A stretch of DNA of 64,000 bases from Macrostomum lignano (Eukaryota): positions 1 through 64,000 of the forward strand of contig NIVC01002247.1 in NCBI GenBank assembly GCA_002269645.1, in the 5' to 3' direction. A program made the translations under genes and the position numbers. This document shows, piece by piece, positions 13,930 through 26,161 of the stretch. The notes beneath the pieces are model-generated. The model did not search any database, was not told the origin of the DNA, and was given only the letters and a program-made list of their open reading frames with translations. The first letter of the stretch is position 1, and each line of letters starts with the position of its first letter.

Positions 13930-14016
13930 CAATTGACTGTCAGTGACAATTGGCTGTCAGTGACAATTGGCTGTCAGTGACAATTGGCTGTCAGTGACAA
14001 TTGGCTGTCAGTGACA
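13930..14016. repeat. 17-bp tandem repeat (caattggctgtcagtga) x5
   Basis: Directly visible. Confidence 0.9.
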
Positions 14017-14074
14017 GCTGTGCTTAATAGTCACGATGTACAGAATTGTGCTATCGATTGATTTTTGATTCAGA

Positions 14075-14652
14075 GACTATTTGGTCAGACAGTTTGGTCC
14101 GAGACAGTTTGGTCAGAGACAGTTTGGTCAGACAGTTTGGTCAGACAGTTTGGTCAGAGACAGTTTGGTCAGACAGTTTGGTCAGAGACAGTTTGGTCAG
14201 AGACAGTTTGGTCAGAGACAGTTTGGTCAGACAGTTTGGTCAGACAGTTTGGTCAGACAGTTTGGTCAGAGACAGTTTGGTCAGAGACAGTTTGGTCAGA
14301 AACAGTTTGGTCAGACAGTTTGGTCAGACAGTTTGGTCAGAGACAGTTTGGTCAGAGACAGTTTGGTCAGAGACAGTTTGGTCAGACAGTTTGGTCAGAC
14401 AGTTTGGTCAGACAGTTTGGTCAGACAGTTTGGTCAGAGACAGTTTGGTCAGAGACAGTTTGGTCAGAGACAGTTTGGTCAGAGACAGTTTGGTCAGAGA
14501 CAGTTTGGTCAGACAGTTTGGTCAGAGAGTTTGGTCAGAGACAGTTTGGTCAGAGACAGTTTGGTCAGACAGTTTGGTCAGAGACAGTTTGGTCAGAGAC
14601 AGTTTGGTCAGAGACAGTTTGGTCAGAGAGTTTGGTCAGACAGTTTGGTCAG
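14075..14652. repeat. 13/15-bp minisatellite (tttggtcag[ag]acag), ~40 copies
   Basis: Directly visible; the ORFs called over it are repeat artefacts. Confidence 0.95.
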
Positions 14653-14697
14653 ACTAGTAACAGAGCTCACAGGTGCAGCTGAATCTTCCCCTTGCAG

Positions 14698-17600
14698 GCG
14701 CCGAGCTACTTCTGCCAGAGCCCGCGGCGGTGCGGCAGCCGCTGGCGAAGGCCAGGTCTGGCCACCACGCCAAGACGCACCACCTGCAGCTGGTGGGCAG
14801 CGAAGCTGAGCAGCCAAAAGGCCTGGAGGCCATTTTCTCCCAATTCGAGTGAGTAGTGCAGTGTCCGTCTGAATTTTACTACTTTTGTCAGTAGGCAAAA
14901 TCCAATTTTAAATTATTACTTGGCCTTACTATTCAAAGCAAGAAGCTTCACCATTCCTCATTTGTTCCTGTTTTGCAGTCACTCCGTCTGCCTGCACCCC
15001 GGCCGTCGCGGTGGCCGCTTCCAGCTGCCGGAGGGCGGCTGCGTCGTTGTCCCGGAGGGCGCCTTCGGCCGACCCACCGACGCGCTGGAGGTGGCGGCGG
15101 TGCAGCCGGCCGAGCTCGCCGGTTTCTGTCCGGACCTGGCCGAGTTGGAGTCGGTGGTGTCGCCTGTGTACGTGCTGGCGACCAGCCGCGGCCGCCTGCC
15201 CTGCCAGCTGCTCCTGACGCTTCCACTGTTGAAACGTCCGGAGCCTCCGTTGAGCCGCCTGCGGCTGATGCACCGCGCCGAAGCTAAAGACGGCGAGGTC
15301 GACATCAGCGAAGGCGATTCGGGGGAGTGGCGAGAGCTGCCCGTGGCGCAGCCGTCGGCAGAAGATGACACCTTCGTGACGGTGGAGGTGGAGACAACCG
15401 GGGTTTATCTGGCGCTGCTGTCGCCGGTGAAGGAGCCGGTGCGGGTGACCCCGGAGGGGGGCATCATGCGACTCCAGCTGGACCCTCTGGCGTCACTGCG
15501 GGTGCCGAAGAACGCCTTCACGGAGCCGGGTCGCATCGACTTCTCGGTGAGGAAGATGCGCAGTTTGCATTGCAGAGTATGTGCATGGTGCGCGATGTAC
15601 ATGGCTGAGTGTTTAGTCACGTACTAACCGCGGCCAACATAGCTTAACTCAGAATTAAAATTAAAATTAAAAGAATTAAATTGCCCGTCCGGGAACAAAC
15701 CCGCAGATCATCCCGTTCTCGCCAGACCGCATGTCGCTTGTCCGCAAGCTGCACCGCTCCGAGACGCTGGACATCGCCTCGCTGTCCCCGATGTACAGCC
15801 TGGACTACGACGGCCCGCCCTGCCGGCGCGGCCTGACGGTCAAGCTACCGCTGCCCGACTGGATGTGCGGCGCCGAGAGGCGGGAAATCCTTGACCGCCT
15901 GGCCATTATGAGCCGGCAGCGGCCCGAGACCGCCTGGGCCGCCCTGGACGCCAAGAAGGCCTCCGTGCGGCTCACCCGCAAGTCCATCAGCTTCGAGTGC
16001 CGCCAGCCCGCGCGCTTCTGCCTGCTGGAGGCGGCCTCCCCCCAGTGGCTGCCCCGCGCCGCTCTCGGTTTTCCCCGCTGCGCCGAGATGAACGCCGCTG
16101 AGCCCGGCGAGCTGCTGCTGTTTGCCGCTTTTGAGCGGCGCCGCTGGGCCCTCGGCGCGCGCCTGGCGCCAATCAGCGAGGGGGACCAGCAGCCGCAGCA
16201 GCCGCGATTCGACATCGATGCCACCAGCGCCGGTGTGGAGTGGCGCCGGCTGGAGAAGAACCAGCCGAGGCAGTCGGAAGTCCAGGAGGTTATGCGGCAG
16301 CTGCGCCGGCGTCGCCGAGAGCGCGACACATCGGCGGCGGCGGCAGCGGCAGAGGCAGCCCTCGAAGAGGCGCGCAACCGTCGCGTGGAGGTCGAGCTGC
16401 GCGACGGCGCCACCGTGACGCTGCAGATGTCGGGTGACTTCCGTCTGCGCCACCTGGGCGAGTCGCGAGCCCGCGAGGAGGTCTGCGTGCAGTTCCACCG
16501 GCGCTTCGCCGACCGGATGGCGCTGTTCGAGATCGTGCCGACCGCACGGACGGCCACCATCACCAGCGACTTTTATGACTACCTGCTCGAGCTGGCGGCC
16601 GACTCTGGCGAGGCGCTGGACAACGACGAGAAGCTGGTGGATTTGGCGGGTCGCGAGACGCTGACGTTCAAGTGAGGCTTTGATTCATGCTTGACTCGGG
16701 TTCGAATCTGCTGTCCGAAACTGGGGGGTTCGAATCTGCTGTCCGAAACTGGGGGGTTCGAATCTGCTGTCCGAAACTGGGGGGTTCGAATCTGCTGTCC
16801 GAAACTGGGGGGTTCGAATCTGCTGTCCGAAACTGGGGGGTTCGGATCTGCTGTCCCGAGGATGGGGGTTCGAATCTGCTGTCCCGAGGATGGGGGTTCG
16901 AATCTGCTGTCCCGAGGATGGGGGTTCGAATCTGCTGTCCCGAGGATGGGGGTTCGAATCTGCTGTCCGAGGATGGGGGCTCGAATCCGCTGCAAGAGCT
17001 TGGAGCTTGAGTCTTCTGTCCGATCTTTTTACCCATCTAAACCCAAACAACGCATTCTCACACACAGAGGCGTGATCACCGTGCTCAGCGGCAGCGGTGA
17101 GCAGCTATCGAATCACGAGTTCACCATCGGCTTCCGAGATCTCAAAGCCTACCTGGACTTGAAGCCGCCACCTGCGCCGGAGGAGCCGTCGGATGGGGAG
17201 GCGGCGGTCGCGGCCACGCAGACGACACAGAACGCGAAGCCGGCAGAGCAGCGGCCGGCCTGGTACAGGTACTATCCGCGGCTGCTGGACCTGCGCATCT
17301 ACCGGCTGAAGCCCGAGGAGGCCAAGCAGGAGAGCCTGCAGCGGCTCACCGCGCCCAGGCGCACCGCCAGATCGCCGATCCGTGAGTGGCTGATGGCTGA
17401 ATTGTCTGACGGAACTCCCTGAAGGCTGACTGTTCCCTGAAGGTTTGCTGATAATCCCCTGTAGGTTTGCCGATAATCCCCTGTAGGTTTGCCGATAATC
17501 CCCTGAAGGTTTGCTGATAATCCCCTGGGGATTTGCTGATAATCCCCTGTAGGTTTGCCGATAATCCCCTGTAGGTTTGCTGATAATCCCATGGGGATTT

Positions 17601-18977
17601 GCTGACAATCCCCTGTAGGTTTGCTGATAATCCCCTGTAGGTTTGCTGATAATCCCCTGTAGGTTTGCCGATAATCCCCTGTAGGTTTGCTGATAATCCC
17701 CTGTAGGTTTGCCGATAATCCCCTGAAGGTTTGCCGATAATCCCCTGTAGGTTTGCTGATAATCCCCTGTAGGTTTGCCGATAATCCCCTGTAGGTTTGC
17801 CGATAATCCCCTGTAGGTTTGCTGATAATCCCATGGGGATTTGCTGATAATTCCCTGTAGGTTTGCTGATAATCCCCTGTAGGTTTGCTGATAATCCCCT
17901 GTAGGTTTGCTGATAATCCCCAGGGGATTTGCTGATAATCCCCTGTAGGTTTGCTGATAATCCTCTGTAGGTTTGCTGATAATCCTATGTAGCTTTACTG
18001 ATAATCCCCTGTAGGTTTGCCGATAATCCCCTGTAGGTTAGCCGATAATCCCCTGAGGATTTTCTGACGATCCCTCATCATCCAAGCTGTCAATCGAGAT
18101 CTGACTAAAGTTAATAGTGACCACAGCATGACCACCTGCCATGCATAGACACGATCTCATTAATCAACTGCACTTATTTAAGGTTTCGTGCGACTTCCCC
18201 CTCTGACAAAAACTGGACATCAACTGACGGCAGCACCTTGCGAGTACATTATCGTCTGTACATCTCATTTATGAGCAAATTTATATGTTGTGTAAATCGG
18301 ATATTTTCGAGACCTGTGAAGTCACCCTGCACAAAAATTCCACCTTGCACAAAAAAGAACTTTTGGTTCGAGTAAATCGAGTCACATGTTTCTGCACGCC
18401 ACTTTTCAAGCACAGCAGCACAATTCTATATGCCTGCCTTCCTTTCTCACTTAAATGTAGACTATTATTTTATTAATAATGTCCAACTCCTGGGCTACGC
18501 TACTTACTCCCGATCTGGCCAGTAGCATCTTAAGATAATTATTGTCCTAATTTTATAATATTCTACAACCAGTGATTTTCAGAATTTATTTTCAATTGTC
18601 ACACAGACGGCCGCGAGTCCAGGGCGCTGAGCCGCGCGTCTCTGCAGCACCTGGCTGGCCGGCTGTCCGGCAGCGAGGCGGCCGACCTGGCTGGCCAGCT
18701 GGGGTTGCCGGACAGCGCCATCTCGGTGCTGAGCTTCGAGTCGGCGCCGCTGCGCTACCCGCCAGCCGCGGCCAGCATCCCCTACCGGCTGCTGCTGTAC
18801 TGGAAGCGCGCCAGGGCCGCAGACGGCGCCGATGCGCAGGTTGAGTCTCTCGGCGACGCGCTGGATGGCCTCGGCCGGCGCCGTCTGGCTGGGCTGCTCC
18901 GTCGCTGCCACGCCGAAGGTCGCGAGCTGACGGCCGAGCGGCTGGCCGGGGCCGAGGACAAACAGCGCGAAGACTGA
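14698..18977 (+). CDS. ZU5-ZU5-UPA-death domain protein, DTHD1-like; N-terminal exon(s) not located
   Basis: Phase-consistent exons 14698-14848, 14979-15546, 15707-16671, 17068-17381, 18607-18977 (TGA). ZU5 motifs (GGRFQLPEGGCVVVPEGAF...VVSPV; VTPEGG...LRVPKNAF). C-terminal death fold (LQHLAGRL...LAGQLGLPDSAI...YRLLLYWKR...LGDALDGLGRRRLAGLLRRCHAEGRELT). Confidence 0.8.
16698..16990. repeat. 28-bp intronic minisatellite (ttcgaatctgctgtccgaaactgggggg), ~10 copies
   Basis: Directly visible; starts ~25 bp after the donor at 16672. Confidence 0.93.
17430..18062. repeat. 22-bp intronic minisatellite (gataatcccctgtaggtttgc[ct]), ~28 copies
   Basis: Directly visible. Confidence 0.95.
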
Positions 18978-19124
18978 GGGGTGGCAAACTGCACTTTTGA
19001 TGCACTTTTGTCCGGCACTGGGCTGGACTGATGATGCAAACTGGGTTGGGTTTTTCAAGTACTCATTGACCCCTCCTCTGACGCTGAGCAATACAGTATC
19101 AATTTTGCACGGACTTATCAAACA

Positions 19125-20999
19125 TCAATTGATCAACTGATCAATCTATCAAGAATCAACTGATCAATCTATCAAGAAAAAACTGATCAAACTATCAAGA
19201 AAAAACTGATCAAACTATCAAGAATCAACTGATCAAACTATCAAGAATCAACTGATCAAACTATCAAGAATCAACTGATCAATTAATCAAGAAGCAACTG
19301 ATCAATTAATCAAGAAGCAACTGATCAATTAATCAAGAAGCAACTGATCAAACTATCAAGAATCAACTGATCAATTAATCAATAATCAACTGATCAATTA
19401 ATCAAGAAGCAACTGATCAAACTATCAAGAATCAACTGATCAAACTATCAAGAATCAACTGATCAATTAATCAAGAAGCAACTGATCAAACTATCAAGAA
19501 TCAACTGATCAAACTATCAAGAATCAACTGATCAATTAATCAAGAAGCAACTGATCAAACTATCAAGAATCAACTGATCAAACTATCAAGAAGCAACTGA
19601 TCAATTAATCAAGAAGCAACTGATCAATTAATCAAGAAGCAACTGATCAATTAATCAAGAAGCAACTGATCAATTAATCAAGAATCAACTGATCAATTAA
19701 TCAAGAAGCAACTGATCAAACTATCAAGAATCAACTGATCAAACTATCAAGAATCAACTGATCAATTAATCAAGAAGCAACTGATCAAACTATCAAGAAT
19801 CAACTGATCAAACTATCAAGAAGCAACTGATCAATTAATCAAGAAGCAACTGATCAATTAATCAAGAAGCAACTGATCAATTAATCAAGAAGCAACTGAT
19901 CAATTAATCAAGAAGCAACTGATCAATTAATCAAGAAGCAACTGATCAATTAATCAAGAAGCAACTGATCAATTAATCAAGAAGCAACTGATCAAACTAT
20001 CAAGAATCAACTGATCAAACTATCAAGAATCAACTGATCAATTAATCAAGAAGCAACTGATCAAACTATCAAGAATCAACTGATCAAACTATCAAGAATC
20101 AACTGATCAAACTATCAAGAAGCAACTGATCAAACTATCAAGAATCAACTGATCAAACTATCAAGAATCAACTGATCAATTAATCAAGAAGCAACTGATC
20201 AAACTATCAAGAATCAACTGATCAAACTATCAAGAAGCAACTGATCAATTAATCAAGAAGCAACTGATCAATTAATCAAGAATCAACTGATCAAACTATC
20301 AAGAATCAACTGATCAATTAATCAAGAAGCAACTGATCAATTAATCAAGAAGCAACTGATCAATTAATCAAGAATCAACTGATCAAACTATCAAGAATCA
20401 ACTGATCAATTAATCAAGAAGCAACTGATCAAACTATCAAGAATCAACTGATCAATTAATCAAGAAGCAACTGATCAATTAATCAAGAAGCAACTGATCA
20501 ATTAATCAAGAAGCAACTGATCAATTAATCAAGAAGCAACTGATCAATTAATCAAGAAGCAACTGATCAATTAATCAAGAAGCAACTGATCAATTAATCA
20601 AGAAGCAACTGATCAATTAATCAAGAAGCAACTGATCAAACTATCAAGAATCAACTGATCAAACTATCAAGAATCAACTGATCAATTAATCAAGAAGCAA
20701 CTGATCAAACTATCAAGAATCAACTGATTAAACTATCAAGAAGCAACTGATCAAACTATCAAGAATCAACTGATCAAACTATCAAGAATCAACTGATCAA
20801 TTAATCAAGAAGCAACTGATCAAACTATCAAGAATCAACTGATCAATTAATCAAGAAGCAACTGATCAAACTATCAAGAATCAACTGATCAATTAATCAA
20901 GAAGCAACTGATCAAACTATCAAGAATCAACTGATCAATTAATCAATAATCAACTGATCAAACTATCAAGAATCAACTGATCAATCAATCAAGAATCAA
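19125..20999. repeat. 23-bp satellite with two main variants (atcaagaatcaactgatcaaact / atcaagaagcaactgatcaatta), ~80 copies
   Basis: Directly visible; no unique spacers. Confidence 0.96.
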
Positions 21000-21377
21000 G
21001 TATAAAAATTGACAACCTAACAATAATTCACTGAAGTGCCGATCGAAAACAAATCATTAAATATATCAAGGAGATTAATTTTTATTCTTCTTTTTAAAGC
21101 TTGCTACGATAATTAATTATAGAATTTCATATTTTCGTTTTCCCATTGATGAACGCTCCTAGTATTTGTGTATTTTTATTAGCAAGAAATCTTTCATCGC
21201 AGCCGCACCTGCTCCTTCAGAGATAGAACTCTCCTCCTGTAAATTATTTTAGCATAAAGTCCCAACATTTTCTCTGTACAAAACCGTAGCTAACAATTCT
21301 GTGCTAAATAAATTGACTGACTTGAACATCTCCGCTGGCTTGTGAGCAATTGTCTCTGCAGATCTTCATTGAAATTC

Positions 21378-22524
21378 TGGCAGTGTAAGTGTAGGGGGAA
21401 TGGCATTCTGGTAGTTGCCATGCGGTAAGTGTAGGGAGAACTGCATTCTGGTAGTTGCCATGCGGTAAGTGTAGGGAGAATCGCATTCTGGTAGTTGCCA
21501 TGCAGTAAGTGTAGGGGGAATTGCATTCTGGTAGTTGCTATGCAGTAAGTGTAGGGAGAATTGCATTCTGGTAGTGTAAGTGCAGGGAGAATGGCATTCT
21601 GGTAGTTGCCATGCGGTAAGTGTAGGGAGAATGGCATTCTGGTAGTTGCCATGCGGTAAGTGTAGGGAGAATGGCATTCTGGTAGTTGCCATGCGGTAAG
21701 TGTAGGGAGAATCGCATTCTGGTAGTTGCCATGCAGTAAGTGTAGGGGGAATTGCATTCTGGTAGTTGCTATGCAGTAAGTGTAGGGAGAATTGCATTCT
21801 GGTAGTGTAAGTGCAGGGAGAATGGCATTCTGGTAGTTGCCATGCGGTAAGTGTAGGGAGAATCGCATTCTGGTAGTTGCCATGCGGTAAGTGTAGGGAG
21901 AATCGCATTCTGGTAGTTGCCATGCGGTAAGTGTAGGGAGAATCGCATTCTGGTAGTTGCCATGCAGTAAGTGTAGGGAGAATCGCATTCTGGTAGTTGC
22001 CATGCAGTAAGTGTAGGGAGAATCGCATTCTGGTAGTTGCTATGCAGTAAGTGTAGGGAGAATTGCATTCTGGTAGTTGCCATGCGGTAAGTGTAGGGAG
22101 AATCGCATTCTGGTAGTTGCCATGCAGTAAGTGTAGGGAGAATCGCATTCTGGTAGTTGCCATGCGGTAAGTGTAGGGAGAATGGCATTCTGGTAGTTGC
22201 CATGCGGTAAGTGTAGGGAGAATCGCATTCTGGTAGTTGCCATGCGGTAAGTTTAGGGAGAATCGCATTCTGGTAGTTGCCATGCGGTAAGTGTAGGGAG
22301 AATCGCATTCTGGTAGTTGCCATGCAGTAAGTGTAGGGAGAATCGCATTCTGGTAGTTGCCATGCAGTAAGTGTAGGGAGAATCGCATTCTGGTAGTTGC
22401 CATGCGGTAAGTTTAGGGAGAATCGCATTCTGGTAGTTACCATGCGGTAAGTTTAGGGAGAATCGCATTCTGGTAGTTGCCATGCGGTAAGTGTAGGGAG
22501 AACTGCATTCTGGTAGTTGCCATG
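21378..22524. repeat. 40-bp minisatellite (tggtagttgccatgcggtaagtgtagggagaatcgcattc), ~29 copies
   Basis: Directly visible, with a few shorter deletion variants. Confidence 0.95.
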
Positions 22525-23024
22525 CCTAATTCAAGATCGAGCCACTTCTTTGGTGAAAAATGGCAAAATATTGCAGGAAAATCAGGAGAGCGATTTTCTA
22601 TGCAAAGAACGGCAAAGTCATTCTGCATTTCAAACAAACTGTTGTTAATTAGTTAATTTACTCGTCTTTAAATTCAAGCCAAAATCCCCAAAGCTTCCTC
22701 ACGCAAGCGAGACTCACCGCCCTTTCGTCTTTCTCGCTCTGCCCGTATCGGGCGGGAACGCGAATGGTGCTGGCTTGAGAACAGCTACACACACTGTGAG
22801 CAGGGAGGGCTTGAGGAGAAAAAAACCCAGTTGAAGCCCAGGGGAACAGGTGAAACGCTGCGCCGCCATAGAGAGTATCGGCAGTGTGGTGTCCGCTCGC
22901 TCTGGGTGGGGCGCTGCTGTCTCCTCCCAGGGCCGGCCCCAGGCCCTCGTCCCCTCCCTCCAAATGCAACTTGTGCTGAGGCATGGAGATCAAAATCCAG
23001 AGCCTGGAATGAAAAATTTCCTGG

Positions 23025-24110
23025 GAAACCTCCATTTGCATACAACTGTAGGCTGGCTGCGAAACTTTCTACATACAACTGTAGGCTGGCTGCGAAACTT
23101 TCTACTTACAACTGTAGGCTGGCTGCGAAACTTTCTACTTACAACTGTAGGCTGGATGCGAAACTTTCTACTTACAACTGTAGGCTTGGCTGCGAAACTT
23201 TCTACATACAACTGTAGGCTGGCTGCGAAACTTTCTACTTACAACTGTAGGCTGGCTGCGAAACTTTCTACTTACAACTGTAGGCTGGCTGCGAAACTTT
23301 CTACTTACAACTGTAGGCTTGGCTGCGAAACTTTCTACTTACAACTGTAGGCTGGCTGCGAAACTTTCTACTTACAACTGTAGGCTGGATGCGAAACTTT
23401 CTACATACAACTGTAGGCTGGCTGCGAAACTTTCTACATACAACTGTAGGCTGGATGCGAAACTTTCTACATACAACTGTAGGCTGGATGCGAAACTTTC
23501 TACATACAACTGTAGGCTGGATGCGAAACTTTCTACATACAACTGTAGGCTGGATGCGAAACTTTCTACATACAACTGTAGGCTGGATGCGAAACTTTCT
23601 ACATACAACTGCAGGCTGGATGCGAAACTTTCTACATACAACTGTAGGCTGGCTGCAATACCTCCATTTGCATACAACTGCAGGCTGGCTGCAATACCTC
23701 CATTTGCACACAACTGCAGGCTGGCTGCAATACCTCCATTTGCATACAACTGCAGGCTGGCTGCAATACCTCCATTTGCATACAACTGCAGGCTGGCTGC
23801 AATACCTCCATTTGCACACAACTGCAGGCTGGCTGCAATACCTCCATTTGCATACAACTGCAGGCTGGCTGCAATGCCTCCATTTGCATACAACTGCAGG
23901 CTGGCTGCAATACCTCCATTTGCACACAACTGCAGGCTGGCTGCAATGCCTCCATTTGCATACAACTGCAGGCTGGCTGCAATGCCTCCATTTGCATACA
24001 ACTGCAGGCTGGCTGCAATACCTCCATTTGCACACAACTGCAGGCTGGCTGCAATACCTCCATTTGCATACAACTGCAGGCTGGCTGCAATACCTCCATT
24101 TGCATACAAC
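23025..24110. repeat. 33/36-bp minisatellite (tacaactgtaggctggctgcgaaactttctac[at] switching to tacaactgcaggctggctgcaatacctccatttgca)
   Basis: Directly visible; unit type switches near 23650. Confidence 0.95.
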
Positions 24111-24655
24111 TCCAAAGCTCTGGTTCTGGGTCTCCATGGCTGAGGCGAGTTCTCCCCGCTCCGCGCTGACAATGCAGCAGCCCGCGGTGCACCAGTTGTT
24201 TATTGCCGGGCCGCGCCAGTCCCCCGCATTTCCCCTTTCTCCCCTTAGCTTGGCGCGCAGGGAGGCGGGGTTGGGCGCCACTCCGGCCAACTGAGACTCT
24301 TCCTCAAGCCGATCTTCTCTTAGACTCCTCCCGGCCACCCCCACCCGGCTACACTGGCGCGTGTAAGTCTGGGATAAGTTTTGCTCTCACAGCTCGGCCT
24401 CTCGCTCCTCGCTACTCGAATCACCGACCCCTAGGTGACCCCGGGGCAGCTACTCGAAGTCTTCTGGAGCACTACTCAACACCTGCTGGCCGGCACTGCA
24501 CTAACAGCAGGGATTATTATCCCCTGAGCTCCAAAAGGACTGAAGTGGGCTCGCTGGCTGCACTGACGGTTGCTGGTCCCCGGCCGGTATAACTGCAGCA
24601 GCGACTCGGCGCCCGGGCCAATGAAGCCGCTGCACTGGCCGCCAGAGCTGCTGTG

Positions 24656-26161
24656 ATGACGGAGCCGGCGTCCCAGCCTGCGCAAGTTCAGGCGATGGAA
24701 CCGGTCCCCACCGCCGCTCCCACGCCGATTGATCACCAGCTGCTTGAGGTGCTGCCGTCGTCAGAGGCTCAGGTCGAAGTCGATGGCCAGCCCAGCAATG
24801 CCAATGAAGAAGAAGAGGAGAGCGAGGACGAGGAGGAGGATGAGGCAGCCATGGGCGACTACGATCTCAGCTGCTCGGGCTACCTGCGCCGAAAGCTACG
24901 GTCCCTCCTGCCTCCGCTCTGCTGGGGCCTCGCCGCCGCCTGTTGCTGGGCCGTGGCGATCTGGTGCGCCGGCCAGCTGGGCCGGGTTCGAGCCCCCAGC
25001 CACCAGCTGCTGTTCGCCGCTGGGGCGCCGCTCTGCCTGGTCGCCTGCGCCGGCCTCCTGCTGCGCCACTTCCAGCACGGCAACGTGGCGCCAGCTTTGC
25101 GCTACCACTGGCGCCCCATGCTGTTCTCGGCGGCGCTGCTGTGCGCCAGCTGCCAGCTTGGCCTGCGCGCCGCCCAGCGCCTGCCGGTGACGGCCGACGC
25201 AGCCTGCATTTTCTTCAGCTACGCCGGGGTCATGTCGCTGCCGCTGTGCTTCGTGCTGCAGACGGCGTGCACCAAGTACGGCCTGCTCGCTGCCGCCGTC
25301 ACGATCGCCAACCTCGGCCTGCTGGCTCGGCCGGCTTTTCTTCGGTCGGCGCTGCTGGCGGCGAGCGCCAGCAACATCACGGCTGTCGCTGAGGCTCCGC
25401 TGCCGCCGACGCCGCCGCTGGAGTTCGCCGGATGTGCCGCCGCCGCCGTTCTACTGGCTGTGGCCGTCACTGTCGTCTACTGGAAACTGGGTGGCGTCTC
25501 CTCGCTGCCGCTGCTGGCGCTGACAGCCAGCCTTCTGTGCGCCTCCTCGTTGGCGCTCCAGCCGCTGCTCTTGGCCCGGCCGCTCCGTCCACCGCCGCTG
25601 CAAGCTGCGGACGCTCCGCTGCTCTTGGCGGGAGTCGGCGGCCTGGCAACCGGCCTGCCGATGCTGCTGCACTGGCTCCGCAACGAGAGGTCACGCCTGT
25701 TCCAGCTGGGCTGGAGCCCCACCGCGTCTCTCGTGCAGCTGGCCGGCTTTTTGGTGGCCGGACAGCGGCCGGACTCCATCAGTCTGATCGCCGCGGCCCT
25801 GGTGCAGGCAGCCACAGCGCTGGTGACTCTCGGCCAGTTGCGGCACGAGTCCTGGCTGCAGTACCGAGAGGACAGCCGCTGCAAGTACTCCCGCCTCACC
25901 ATCCTGCCCGACACGCCGTTCCATCACGGCGGCAACGGCACCCTCGTCGGGAATGAAGCCGGCGCCGGCAACGGATCGGCGATGGCGGAGACCAGTTTCA
26001 ACTCCGTCACGGTGAGGCGCCAGTCGGACTCGAGCATGGGACCTAACGGGGACGCTTTCTTCCAGGAAGTGAGCCTGGCCGAGACGGGAGGCCAGCTGGT
26101 CAACGATACCGAGACGGCTAGCGGGGCGGACGGCACTTGGAAGCCGTTGAAGTTGAACTGA
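24656..26161 (+). CDS. EamA/DMT-superfamily multi-pass transporter, SLC35G-like, single exon
   Basis: Uninterrupted ORF of ~500 aa with GC3-rich codons, an acidic N-terminal tract and about 9-10 hydrophobic segments. DAACIFFS...LGLLARPAFL and VAGQRPDSISLIAAALV resemble SLC35G/EamA motifs. Confidence 0.7.
   Translation: MTEPASQPAQVQAMEPVPTAAPTPIDHQLLEVLPSSEAQVEVDGQPSNANEEEEESEDEEEDEAAMGDYDLSCSGYLRRKLRSLLPPLCWGLAAACCWAVAIWCAGQLGRVRAPSHQLLFAAGAPLCLVACAGLLLRHFQHGNVAPALRYHWRPMLFSAALLCASCQLGLRAAQRLPVTADAACIFFSYAGVMSLPLCFVLQTACTKYGLLAAAVTIANLGLLARPAFLRSALLAASASNITAVAEAPLPPTPPLEFAGCAAAAVLLAVAVTVVYWKLGGVSSLPLLALTASLLCASSLALQPLLLARPLRPPPLQAADAPLLLAGVGGLATGLPMLLHWLRNERSRLFQLGWSPTASLVQLAGFLVAGQRPDSISLIAAALVQAATALVTLGQLRHESWLQYREDSRCKYSRLTILPDTPFHHGGNGTLVGNEAGAGNGSAMAETSFNSVTVRRQSDSSMGPNGDAFFQEVSLAETGGQLVNDTETASGADGTWKPLKLN

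Noticed and set aside
19125-24110. CRISPR-like arrays (23-, 40-, 33/36-bp repeats)
   Set aside because: Head-to-tail units with no unique spacers, no cas genes, eukaryotic context.
21290-24344. Long ORFs over the 40-bp and 33/36-bp arrays, and similar ORFs at 14046-14809, 38327-39398, 41261-42404 and 42713-43342
   Set aside because: Open frames are a by-product of stop-free tandem units; no domain content.
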